32,000 bases of DNA from assembly GCA_002794465.1 (NCBI GenBank), contig MTSL01000199.1, positions 29,224-61,223 on the forward strand, in the 5' to 3' direction. Below, one piece after another: positions 11,226 to 21,682 of the stretch. Position numbers and translations under genes: made by a program. Origin of the DNA: Paramicrosporidium saccamoebae KSL3. Its lineage: Eukaryota; Fungi; Cryptomycota. The first letter of the stretch is position 1. Each line of letters starts with the position of its first letter. The notes under the pieces were generated by a model. It made no database searches and was not told the DNA's origin. It was given only the letters and a program-made list of their open reading frames with translations.

Positions 11226-13376
11226 CTATTTCAATGGTTCGAGATTTAAAAAATCAGGTGGTACATATCGTAGTCGAATAGCCCGAGCTGCGTCGGCATT
11301 TACAAGGGGCTGCATAAAGTCCGCCTTCTCTTTATCTGATTTTAAATCTGGTATTTCGGACAATTTTTTCGACTCAAAGTCAATCAGAAATGGTTCTGTC
11401 GAGTTTGATCGGAGAGTGACTCGTAGATCGTAATAGTCAGCAGAGACCGGAAAGATATCTTTTCTACTCACGACATATAACATATCGAGCAACTTATTTC
11501 CCTTATTCCGCACCGATGGCGAGGGATGAAAGACAGTGCAATACAAAAGAGCTTGCAGACTTGCACAAATGTCATTTGGGACGGGCAGTAGCATAGAAAT
11601 CAAGTCCAAACTCAAGTCGAGGATATCTGATTCTGGGTGCGAAATTAGTTCACCAAATAACTCGCATTTATCGGAGTGCGAAGACCCAAGAGTGGATTCT
11701 TTTAATATTTTCAGGCAACGCCTAAAATAAAATACCGCAATTAATTGGCCAAACCGTCTATCCGAAGTTGCGGTGCTCGAGCGAAAAATCATGAGCACAT
11801 CTTGATAGCTTAATAATGTTGCAGAATGTCCCCGGAAAATAACTTGCCGCACTACTTTAAGAAAAGTTGCTAGATCTTCGTTATAATCCTTAAAAATTTA
11901 GAATGCACGTCAGTTATAACCTGGAAAGAATAATCAGAGTCTTTTGGAGACAAGAAATTCAAGCACTCGTAACCGCACAGTAAAATGCGCGCTTGTGTTT
12001 CCATTTTGAGTTTTTCGAGTAACCGCGTAGCCATAAATCTACGAGTATCGCCATCGTCTGGAGGCGTCATCCTCGTGGCTAATTTTAGCACTTGGACCTT
12101 ACAGTCGCATGAGAGCCGTGGGAACAGATCCAGCAGAAGCGGGTAGATTATGATGGGAAATGACTGCGATTCGTGACCATCCCTTGCTAGCATCTGTCCC
12201 AAACATGCCAATGCAATATTCTGCTCCTTTGAAGATAGGGAGGATTGCAGCAACCCGAGAAGCATTCTTTCATAGATCATGTCACAATCGCTCATGTCTT
12301 TGGGTTTTTCGCGAACCATGAAAATGATATCGTCAAGATCATCGGAAATAGTTAATAAGGAGTCAATAGTCGCATCCTTTCCTGTGGGGCTAGCAATTGC
12401 TGGTAAAAGTGATAAATGTGGATGCACAAAGCTATAAAGCAGTCCGGAAAAAACTGTGTCATGGCTAACTAATAAATACTCGACATCTTCAATATACCAT
12501 AATTCCAGGATCTCTCTGACCGTTGGACGTATACTTCTATCTGGCGATAGCATTGTAGTGATATATTCTACAATATCTGGACCAATCTCTTCAGACAGTT
12601 TCGACAGCGATCGTTTAATGTCCATGACATCAGCCCAGAACTCTCGTCGAGGAAGTATCCCTGAATATATAAAATAGATCAAGCAGCTAAAGATGTGATA
12701 AGCGGTGCTGAACGTACCCTAGGGCATAAACGTCATCTTTCTGTAAGTCTATAGAGCTCGTGGGTGCCTCTGAACAACAGAATGGCGACTCACGCCACTT
12801 TAGCTTTGATGATGTATCATCGGGATCCGGAGCAGATCTTGGGTCAAAGTCAGTGACAGTAAGCCAGCCCATATCGGAGATGAACACAGAATCTAGGGAC
12901 AGGTCTCCATGATAGTACTCTTTTTCGTGAACCTCGCCGATCGCTTTTAAAAGCTGGAACACTATCCATGTCTTTTCTGTCCGGGTTAGATTCCTCACAT
13001 TCCTAAGTTCAATTATATGATTAAGGTGCAAGTACCGTAATCTCTCAAATAGGGTGTGTTGGAAGAATGGTCTACGATGAAGCACGCTACGAGCGCCGAA
13101 TAGCAAAGCTTCTTGGATGCAGACGCCCGGAGTCTTTGCAAATATTCTGCCCAGAGCCTTTAGCTTTGAACAATGGGCTGTGGGTTGAAGAGATTCTGCC
13201 TCAGAATCAGTAGCCTTTAGAGGGTCTATGATCCTTAATACGTAGGTACTCTCGGCATCATGATCGCGGACAGCTAAACTAACGGAACCTACCCTTCTAC
13301 TCAGCACCCGATGTAGCTCATAATTGGGAAATGCCGTGACAATATCGTGAATTTCCTCCTCTGCAAAGACGCGCAT
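11226..13376 (-). CDS. VPS15: Vps15/PIK3R4-like pseudokinase plus HEAT protein, ~673 aa, no WD40 domain
   Basis: HTLFERL-R-NVRNLTRTEKTWIVFQLLKAIGEVHEKEYYHGDLSLDSVFISDMGWLTVTDF and DVYALG|CLI match the Vps15 kinase domain; helical repeats follow. Introns 13003-13035, 12687-12717, 12465-12497 (tentative), 11889-11920. Confidence 0.78.
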
Positions 13377-13410
13377 TATTGGCGTATCCGGCCAGGGCAA
13401 TATTATTTAG

Positions 13411-14444
13411 ATGATGAACTCTAGCATTGAGGAAGTAATTCCAACATGTCCAGCTCATTTAGTTAGACTATTGACTCGAGTCATGAGAAGCTTGAGTCGA
13501 TGCGAGAAATTGAGCCGGTGCAAAGGTCGGTTGTCGTACAGGAATGGCAAGTTCTATATGGCTTTTAGAAAATCTGTCTTCGTCAGAACCGCATCAAAAA
13601 AATTGAGTCATTGGAGTGTTTCAGCCGGCTAGTCGAACTAGATCTCTACGACAATGGAATTAGTGAAGTGGAAAAGCTGGATACGTGCAGTAGTCTAAGG
13701 TTACAGTATTGTGGTCTCTAACGACGAATCTAGAATTTTGGATTTGTCATTCAACAGAATTTGCAAAATTTCAGGGCTGGATCATGTAACACTACTTGAG
13801 ACTTTGTTTTTCGCCAGCAACAAAATTTTAAAAATTGAAGGACTGAGCAGTCTCCCCGAGCTCCGTGTACTTGAACTCGGTGCCAATGAAATCACAGTAC
13901 TACATGAAAAGTGTTTAAGTTTAAGGAAATCTGTGGATTAGAACAAAATGACAAACTAGAGCAGCTCTTTCTGAGTCGCAACCGAATATCGACTATTACC
14001 GGTTTGGGCCACATGCAGAATCTTAGGATTCTTGCTCTGCAAAATAATTCAATCAAAGAGATATCTGGCCTTGACGGATTGGTCAATCTGGAAGAGCTAT
14101 ACTTGAGCAATAATCGGATTACCACAATCGGAGGGTTGGAACGGAATGTAAAGGTCTCTGATTAACCCTAATCCTAGGATAAACTTCGCATACTGGATGT
14201 TTGCAATAATCATATTGCCACGATTAGCAGTATCTCGCATCTCAAAGAGTTGCAAGAATTTTGGGCTAGTGGAAATAAGCTGGAGTCTTTTGAGGAATTA
14301 AAAGTATTGGCAACTTGTCCTAAACTTATTGCCGTCTACCTGGAACATAATCCATGGTGTCGTAGCTCCCGTTATGTTGGAATTATAAGGGAGTATTTGC
14401 CTTATCTGCGACAGATTGATGCGGCAATATTGAAGTGGGAATGA
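13411..14444 (+). CDS. SDS22: Protein phosphatase 1 regulatory subunit Sds22/PPP1R7, ~291 aa, 5 introns
   Basis: 22-residue LRRs restored by splicing (KICLRQNRIKKIE, LVELDLYDNGI, LRVLELGANEIT, LQEFWASGNKL) and LRR cap VYLEHNP...Y...LPYLRQIDA. Introns 13435-13466, 13536-13568, 13700-13733, 13897-13925, 14148-14177. Confidence 0.92.
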
Positions 14445-14504
14445 GTAAACCATCATTGTATAATGTGGAGAATTCTATTTGTACACAGTTCAAATTATAT
14501 ATCA

Positions 14505-17500
14505 TCAGGGCCATCGCTTAGCATAGATCTCCACAAACAAGACCAAACTCGCAGGAAATTTGCCGATTCTGCTATTGACAAGGCGTTGGGCAAGATCATA
14601 GCAGCCACTCTTACAAAGTTGGACGACACAGGGAACGAGCAGTTCGTCGGGCAGCTCTCGCTTCCTAAGTTGAGCTACCGCAAACGGAAGACACATTCCC
14701 GGCTCGTCCAGCCATTTGGTTCCCATGGAAAAAGACTCCTCCTACTCAGGGTAGATTAGACAAGCAACACGGATGATACCCTTAGCAGGCTAATAAGATC
14801 CTGCTCTGGTGTCGCAACTTTTCTCATAAGAGCTCTTATGCAAATTGGTATTCTTTGATTCCCAGACACGTGCCTTTCGAGCATCGTTTGATAGCAAGAC
14901 TCGTCTACAAATGGTAAGTAGCACGTTGATTCCGTACCGCCTACGAAACGAGAAATCAAGAAGCCGAGGTGATAGTCCTCTAGCCGTTCAAAGCACACTT
15001 GCAGAGCATCCTCTAACCGACCGGCCAAAATAAAGAAAATGATTGCAAGACGCACCCGCTGCTTGCTCAGAGCCGCAAAGGCATTTTTCGCGGCCACAGA
15101 TCTTATCCGTTCATTACTAAAGTCGCTGGAAAGAAAAGACACCATGCGGTTTCCCTCTTGATCAGCGACACCCGCTGCTTTCCATAAACTCCTTAGTAGA
15201 TTCCTGCGTCCTAGAATTAGATACAGGATTGCGCAAGCAGCGGGATCACGATGGACTGAAAAGTCTGTTCGAGCCACATCTTCCAATAGTTCGCGAAGTC
15301 GTTGCTCATTCCTTATCCAGAATCCCATTGCAAAATGGCTAAATTTGCACCAGGAGAGACTGTCTCCGATTAGTTCGCGGGTTTTGGCGATTAATATTTC
15401 TTGCGCATCACTCATACTTGCAGCCAAGTACTCAAAGCCATGAGTGCAGATCTCTTCTGTTGCTTCCCAAGAGAGTTTTGCAAAAAACAGGTACTTTGCG
15501 CCGGCAGCGTCAACGGCAGCTTCGTTTTCTTTGAGCAAATTTGTGGCCTCCAACACTGCTGTTCGCAAACGAGAGAGCTTTGTCGTGTCCAAACTAGTTC
15601 GGGAAATAGTCGAATGGAGCTCGTCATGGAGATCGTCAAAAGTCGGACTTTGAAGTCGAGACCCACTTTCTACAGGCTCATCAACATTGAGATCGAAGGA
15701 TGCCAAATCTTCAAAGAAGGAAAAGGTTTCCTGACTCCTGCATGGTGTCTTGCGCAGATTCCTCAACGAATCCCCTCCGCTGAAGGATTCTAACCGATCA
15801 AATGAGTCTGACAGAGCATAGTTGATTGTACGATAAGAGACAATCCTTTCGGGGATACTGAAGGCGGGATAGTCTTCCTCACAGGCGATCGGTGTTAACC
15901 GAAACAAACTGCCTTCTAATACAATCCAAATGAACTTGTCGTATGACACGCTAATTGATAGTGAAGGAGCCACCAGTGGCCTGGGGAATGCCGCGGGCCA
16001 GAAAGTCGATCCACTATTTCGCCACTTTTCCGATCCATGTGGATCTAAGGACGGAGAGTACTTTACAATGCAGTCGTTCAGAGCAATGTAGAGATCTCTT
16101 CCATGCCAAACATGGCACAAAGGCTCTTCGACCAGCAGATCGATGTCCGAGCTGTACAACAAGCTTACTTCAGCAGGGGAAATGGAGTAAATGCGGATTA
16201 GTGACGTTCCACCAACCTCTGGCACGAAAACAACTGCATCTCCGAACTGATTAATCGAGCCAGGCATTGAATTTACGGGGAGAGAGGCCAATAAATCAGC
16301 AGTACCAGATTCTTGCCAGTTCATCAAATCTACACTAGTACCGGTCCCAGTGATAATCAAAGCTTCTGCTGTCGTCCCGAAAACTCGCGACATTGCACCT
16401 ACTGTGGATGCGCACTTGCGTCCAGTTGAATCCACCAAGTATGACCCTGTACGAACTACCGGCAGCCCTCGGTTACAGTCATCAGTTATTTCACCGACAA
16501 TGTCATCAATCAAATCGCCCGAATCGGACGACTTAATCAACTCCACGTCAGCCATTGCAAGACGGTGCACATTGCCGTTCTGGGTGAGGCCATATATTGA
16601 TGAATTCACTATGCTCGGTTTGAGAAGCTTCATAATGGGCACTGCGTTGCGCATACAGATTGGCCCGTCGAACGAAAAACCTGCAGTCTTTGACTTGCAG
16701 ATGGCGTATCCAAAAGGGGCGGAGGAAGAGAAACATAGTAGGAGCGGATCAGGGGGCAGAGTAGGATTGAGGCTAGAAACGGATTCAATGTTATAGTCGC
16801 TAGCCACCCCATCATGGCCCGTTTCGAAAGGAGCATCTGCAGGCAGTATCTGGGCAGTACGGATCTCTGTAGACTTCAAGTCGGCCCAGATTACGATATT
16901 CCCAAAAAAGCCGCAAAAAGTTGAGGGGGTTAAGGCGGGATGTTTCTCCCAAGTGCAGGACACATTCAATAGGCGATCGGTTACGACAATAGTCGTAGCA
17001 GGAAAATCAATCCCACTCACCTGCATCAAACAGGGCTCCCCACCTCCACGGGGGAGGCTATACAGAATTGCACAGCCTTCCCCAATTAGCTGATCGACAG
17101 ATGAATTTTGCATCCACCAAGTTTGTGGCCCAGAATCGGAGCAGCTGTCGATTTGAGAAAGAATGAATTCATCACTTCCATCAAGACGAGGCCCAGAATC
17201 CTTGGTGTACAGATACTCGATGCCGCTCACAGTGGTCACAAGTAATGCAGGATTGTGAGTTGAATCATCAGCTGATGGTCTCCAGGAAAAACTGGTGGGG
17301 GCCTCTTCCGTAATCAAGGGAATGTACACGAGCCTAGAAGCCGTGCCGAAGAATTCCAAATTCTGACTAAAACTACGGCCCAATAACCGGCCTAATTCCT
17401 TCTTTAACGGCAGCGATTCGGTGGCAAAAGAGACTTTGTAAAGCCTCACAATGCACTCATCCTTGTTCCCCGATTCAGTGGCAAGGTAATTCTCACATGG

Positions 17501-18047
17501 GGATACTTCGGCATATTCGATACTGGCGGGCAGAGAATGTGCCAGAGTGCAGATCCACACCCCAGGGAATTGGGAACCCGCATTTAGACGAGGGATGACG
17601 CACTCCCATACCGATAGAGAGTCTCCAAGCACCACCAAATGATCAGAGCCTTTCCAGGAAACACAATTTACTGCAAATTTTTGCGACAGAATCACTGAAT
17701 GAGACCAGTGTGGGGAGCCTGTGGAGTCAGTCGTGCATCGCAGTAACTCGACCTCCATTCCATATCCCACAGCAATCTACAGAGTTGAGCAGTGACGAGG
17801 CAGTACAATCCCAGTTTTCGAGTTCATGCGAACAGCCTTAATAATACTAGTTCGACATTGAGTGCTCAGAACGTGAACCAGCTCGAGACATTCGTTGAAC
17901 ATGAAAACACAGGACCCGCTAGCCCAGAACTAATCAAAATGAGTCTAGATTTATGCCAGATACTATCCAAATCTGTCCATTATACACGGCTACACTGAAA
18001 GCTGCCCTACGCCCTCCAGCCACGAGTGGCACAGAGGCCAAACTCAT
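14505..18047 (-). CDS. RAV1: RAVE complex subunit Rav1 (V-ATPase assembly; DmX family), ~1146 aa, 3 introns
   Basis: N-terminal beta-propeller-like region; Rav1p_C motifs FAMGFWIRN, DPAACAILYLILGR, FLSSDFSNERIRSVAAKNAFAALSKQR and GCYDLA. Introns 17930-17963, 17777-17806, 14742-14779. Confidence 0.9.
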
Positions 18048-18089
18048 CCAAAAGGATTTAGGAAAATATAACCGGCTAAATTGATTTGT

Positions 18090-18958
18090 TTAAGCGTTAT
18101 CTAACCGTGAATGAGTCATCCTCCTTTGGCATCTTGCTGGCCTTTGACAGGTGTGGCACGATCCAATCTCTGTGATTTCAATGGAGCAGAGGTAGCAATA
18201 AGTATGCAAGCAAGGATGGGCAATGTATGTAACGGGTAGATCATTGGCCATACAGAGACCACATTGAGATTCCGATTGTTTTATGACGGAGCGGGGGCTC
18301 TTGTGAATTCTCTTGAAGAGAAGACTTAATCTTTGCATTGGAATCAACCGGAAAAAAATTTGCAGAGTTTCCTACTGATATGACATTCCAAATTTAACAG
18401 CCTGTACTGTGAATGCCTGCCAGAGTAACTGTCGGTTCATGTATGAAACGTCAACTAGATGCTGCTGATCTGGCTCTTTTGGGATGAGGTTAATCCCAAC
18501 CAAACGATAAAGTAGATCAGGGTACTTTCCTCGAAGCATAAAGGCGATGTGATTTAGGAATGTTAGATATTCCATGAATGGGAACGAGCTGCCGGCCACA
18601 GCCATTCCCAAAGAAAAACACCATATTTTGGCATCGGTCATGGCTATAGATTTGTTGGCGACTGGAATGGCGTACCATGTTCGGCTTTCAAGTTGAGCAT
18701 AGTGGCACCAAATGGAACTCCAAACCTTCTCAAAGACAGGGCCATTATCAGAGCTCTGAGAGATGAACGGACATGAGGACCCCAGCTCTGGGCAAATCGC
18801 GACTATAGTATTATGCTCCATCAACTCATTTCCGTGCCTACCTCATAGAGCTCGAATATCTTCCAAAAAGAGCTGCTCACCTCATTGACAGCCTCATCTT
18901 CTAGTAGCAATGAATCTAATTGATGGACGCGATTGCGCTCCCACTCGTCGGCTAGCAT
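18090..18958 (-). CDS. PEX2: Peroxisomal RING-finger E3 ligase Pex2, ~253 aa, 3 introns
   Basis: RVHQLDSLLLEDE, FGATMLNL, FLNHIAFMLRGKYPDLLYRL, YMNRQLLWQAFT|E; C3HC4 RING CGLC...CLHTYCYLC...CHTC. Introns 18803-18841, 18644-18675, 18372-18407. Confidence 0.88.
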
Positions 18959-19001
18959 TTATGTCTAGCTGCCCTGGAAATGATAGATGCCATGGCTTAG
19001 T

Positions 19002-19255
19002 ATGAAGCCAACTCGGCTTGAAATTTTAAAGTTTGGACTATTTGTATTATTTCCTGTATCATTTACATATTACACGAATCGTCCTTCATTCATCAATGAA
19101 GCCCGCTCAAAGGTACTTTAACAGCTCCTCATCATGCTGTCAGTCTGCCCGTCAGCCGTCGAATGAAGCATTAGAAGTAGCCCAACTTGACATGACTGTT
19201 TTTATAGTTAATTGAGGACAAAGATGCGCTTTTTGAACATTTGAAAAGTGCATGA
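19002..19255 (+). CDS. PET100: Cytochrome c oxidase assembly factor Pet100, 63 aa, 2 introns
   Basis: MKPTRLEILKFGLFVLFPVSFTYYTNRPSFINEARSK|SARQPSNEALE|LIEDKDALFEHLKSA*. LE[IV]x[KR]FxxxxxFP plus a TM helix is the Pet100 signature. Introns 19113-19143 and 19177-19207. Confidence 0.82.
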
Positions 19256-19521
19256 TGCTGTTTATATTTGGGACTGCTAAAACCAAGGCGCTCTACCTTT
19301 GCTGAATAAATATGGTTCAAAAATTGGGGCCAAATAGGTTTGAGTATCTGGTGCATTTACGATACTATTGTGGTAGAGAAGATTGATTAGCTGAGTGTTT
19401 GAGGACAATTCTTGTTTGGTGTTTGCTGTACTTGCAGTAATCGATAAAAGACAGTAAGATCTGTATCCATGATATTTTGGGACTAGCAGTGAACGATTTA
19501 TTTTCCCTACTACGCGACACT

Positions 19522-20109
19522 TTATACTTTTGACACTGCCAGGATCGCTGTTCTGCATCCGGCTTGAATAAATTTGTTCAAAACTGTGTACATTGGCGAG
19601 CGATTAGCGCCATTCTCTTCGGCGGCATCTTTGTGCTCCAACTCTTCATCACGCATCTTTCGAATGGCAGCGCGAAGATTAACGGTCGCGTCTTTCGGCT
19701 CCATGTCCAAGAGCTCTCTTATCTGGCTGTTATAGTGCTCTGCTACAACTGTCTCAACTGCCTCTGTGCAAGCCATTGCGGCTTCCTTGCCCAGCAGGGC
19801 AGTAGAGACGCCAAGAGCGTAGGCGATTCCGTGTGCAAGCGGAGTTAGCAATGTCTGTCGTGCATTGTACTGCCAAGCAAGCGTCCTTAGCGTTTGCAAG
19901 TGTTCCTTCTCCTGGTCATGCATGTGTTGCAACAATTCAGCCATTCTTTTGTCCTTGCCAAGGATCAGCTTTTGTCCTTCATAAATTCTATTAGCAGCAA
20001 CCTCTCCAGCCAAGTCTATCCTCAGCATGACCCGTATCCTGTCAATTTGCTCACTTGAGAGAACTGTATTTGTCCCAAGAGAGGAAGTCGACAGGAGTCT
20101 CCGAATCAT
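19522..20109 (-). CDS. COQ7: 5-demethoxyubiquinone hydroxylase Coq7, 195 aa, intronless
   Basis: Mitochondrial presequence-like MIRRLLSTSS; RIDLAGEVAANRIYEGQ, EKEH, AMACTEAVE...HYNSQ, RDEELEH di-iron ligands. Confidence 0.95.
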   Translation of the reverse strand: MIRRLLSTSSLGTNTVLSSEQIDRIRVMLRIDLAGEVAANRIYEGQKLILGKDKRMAELLQHMHDQEKEHLQTLRTLAWQYNARQTLLTPLAHGIAYALGVSTALLGKEAAMACTEAVETVVAEHYNSQIRELLDMEPKDATVNLRAAIRKMRDEELEHKDAAEENGANRSPMYTVLNKFIQAGCRTAILAVSKV

Positions 20110-20151
20110 CCAAGCCCGGTCTTGTTGGCCAACTGCAATCCTTATTTTTAT

Positions 20152-21426
20152 TTATGAGGACCATTTGTGAGCATGCTTACTGGAGTACTCGGCAAAGACG
20201 AGAACCGCTGCCCATGACTCTTCTCCAACTGAGACGATATGTTTGGGATCTAGAACGAATCCCGGCCCGTCAGTAAAAGTCGGTGGGAGCTCCACAGCAA
20301 GACTTAAGGGTCGGTAGTTATTCGTCAGGGCCATTTTCCTGCCTGCAATCCAGTCCGTCAGAGATCCGCTGGTCGGATAAAGGCTGCTCGATTGTTCCGG
20401 AGTATATACACGGCCATTCAGGCCAAAGGCCTTTTTCATTTTTTGTGTAAGCTCGATATATTGTTCGTGATTGTCAATTTCGTCACTTGTCCATCCATAT
20501 GGGTACAAAATTAGCTGCGAGTAGCAGTGCCAATCAATCGCACCCACAATGTTGTGCTGCTTCTTAATGTAATTCTGGATGGCTTGCGTTTCGGGTTCAG
20601 AGGCGGCACTAGGCCCTTGGAAGGTGTCCGAGACGGGAAATTTGGAAGCCCCACCCTGTCCCCAATGATCGTCAAAATTTCTGTTCAAATCTACTCCTTT
20701 TCCAAACAGAACTGGAGCCATATTCTTTCTCCAGAGACGATTAGTGGTCCAAGTGTATTCATATCCATCGGGATTCACTACTGGAACAATGATGAATTCA
20801 ATGTCCTTGAGTTGGGATACATTGCAATCCACCAGTTTTTGACTTAAATACTGTACCACCGATCCAGAGATCCACTCTCTGGCGTGTATTAGGCCCTGAA
20901 ACCAAATTTGCTTTTTATCGGGTCGAGGAGGGGTCAGATTGATGTGAATTGCAAACAAGTCACGTCCCTGGTGGGTCTTTCCTATGCTAGGGACAAACCG
21001 CACAGTTTCGGGATTTTTGGCAGCAAGGTTCTTATACCATTCTTTGATCTCGGCATAGGTATGATACTCTGAAAACCAATCCTCTCCTGATCCACGCCTC
21101 TTTGCCTGCATGGCAAAACGGTGGCCTTCGAGATTAAGGGACGTTTGCAGGTCGGAGTTTATCACGGCCATGTTCAACTCTGGCATCGAGGAGAACAGCG
21201 CAAATTGGTCTGGATCCACGTGCGCTACAGCCTCTTGGAGCTCACTATTGTAAGACCAAATGTCGACATCGAGTTGGTTCAAATCCACAAGAATGTCAGG
21301 CTCAATGCCGCTAAACTTGACTACTTTGTGACCTCGGAGCTCGCTGTTCTTGTTATTGATGGGCGCTCTAGCGTTTGCCACATGAAAAATCCAGGCACAA
21401 AGGACTAGCGAATATTGTAAAAGCAT
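20152..21426 (-). CDS. Secreted zinc carboxypeptidase, M14A family, 424 aa, with signal and propeptide
   Basis: Signal-like MLLQYSLVLCAWIFHVANA; dibasic KRR before EYHTYAEI; HAREWIS, DLNRNF, DWHCYSQ and VELP zinc/catalytic motifs. First ATG is at 21426; the ORF-track GTG start at 21606 runs through the tRNA gene. Confidence 0.93.
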   Translation of the reverse strand: MLLQYSLVLCAWIFHVANARAPINNKNSELRGHKVVKFSGIEPDILVDLNQLDVDIWSYNSELQEAVAHVDPDQFALFSSMPELNMAVINSDLQTSLNLEGHRFAMQAKRRGSGEDWFSEYHTYAEIKEWYKNLAAKNPETVRFVPSIGKTHQGRDLFAIHINLTPPRPDKKQIWFQGLIHAREWISGSVVQYLSQKLVDCNVSQLKDIEFIIVPVVNPDGYEYTWTTNRLWRKNMAPVLFGKGVDLNRNFDDHWGQGGASKFPVSDTFQGPSAASEPETQAIQNYIKKQHNIVGAIDWHCYSQLILYPYGWTSDEIDNHEQYIELTQKMKKAFGLNGRVYTPEQSSSLYPTSGSLTDWIAGRKMALTNNYRPLSLAVELPPTFTDGPGFVLDPKHIVSVGEESWAAVLVFAEYSSKHAHKWSS

Positions 21427-21528
21427 TCTGTGTTGCTCAGGGTAACCAACCGGCTTTGTTGTATCACCTCTGCAATACTCCAAAAATAGACAGCTACCCC
21501 GTAACAATGAGTCGCTGACCAATAAGAA

Positions 21529-21602
21529 TGTCTCGTTCCGGACTCGAACCGGAGACCGCCTGTGTGTTAGACAGGCGTGATAACCATCTACACCAACGAG
21601 AC
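21529..21602 (-). tRNA. tRNA-Val(AAC)
   Basis: GTCTCGT acceptor pairs with ACGAGAC plus discriminator A; D arm with TGG; anticodon stem CCTGT/ACAGG with loop CT-AAC-AC; T arm TCCGG-TTCGAGT-CCGGA. First T5 run is at 21482-21486. Confidence 0.96.
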
Positions 21603-21682
21603 CCACAGCCGGGGAGTCTAGGAATAATAATCAATTTGCATATGATGGTGGTGGCCTTGAACCGATGAGCTGAGACGCATCG

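Noticed and set aside
11226-13376. Assignment as SCY1/Cex1 (also kinase plus HEAT without WD40)
   Set aside because: EKxWIxFQLL, LFERL, HGD and TDF motifs follow Vps15 rather than SCY1. A phylogeny would be decisive.
14463-14759. 98-aa plus-strand ORF after SDS22
   Set aside because: Antisense shadow of the last RAV1 exon (14505-14741), which carries the conserved GCYDLA motif.
19256-19521. Possible microgene in the PET100-COQ7 gap (MDTDLTVFYRLLQ|LINLLYHNS...)
   Set aside because: It needs a 41-nt intron with a poor branch motif and gives no recognisable product. The gap can be two convergent 3'UTRs.
20005-20035. COQ7 RIDLAGE instead of RVDHAGE
   Set aside because: This position varies (Gln in yeast) and is not an iron ligand. 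All six di-iron ligands appear present.
21427-21606. 60-aa N-terminal extension of the carboxypeptidase
   Set aside because: It starts at GTG, runs through a tRNA gene, and would bury the signal peptide that begins at ATG 21426.
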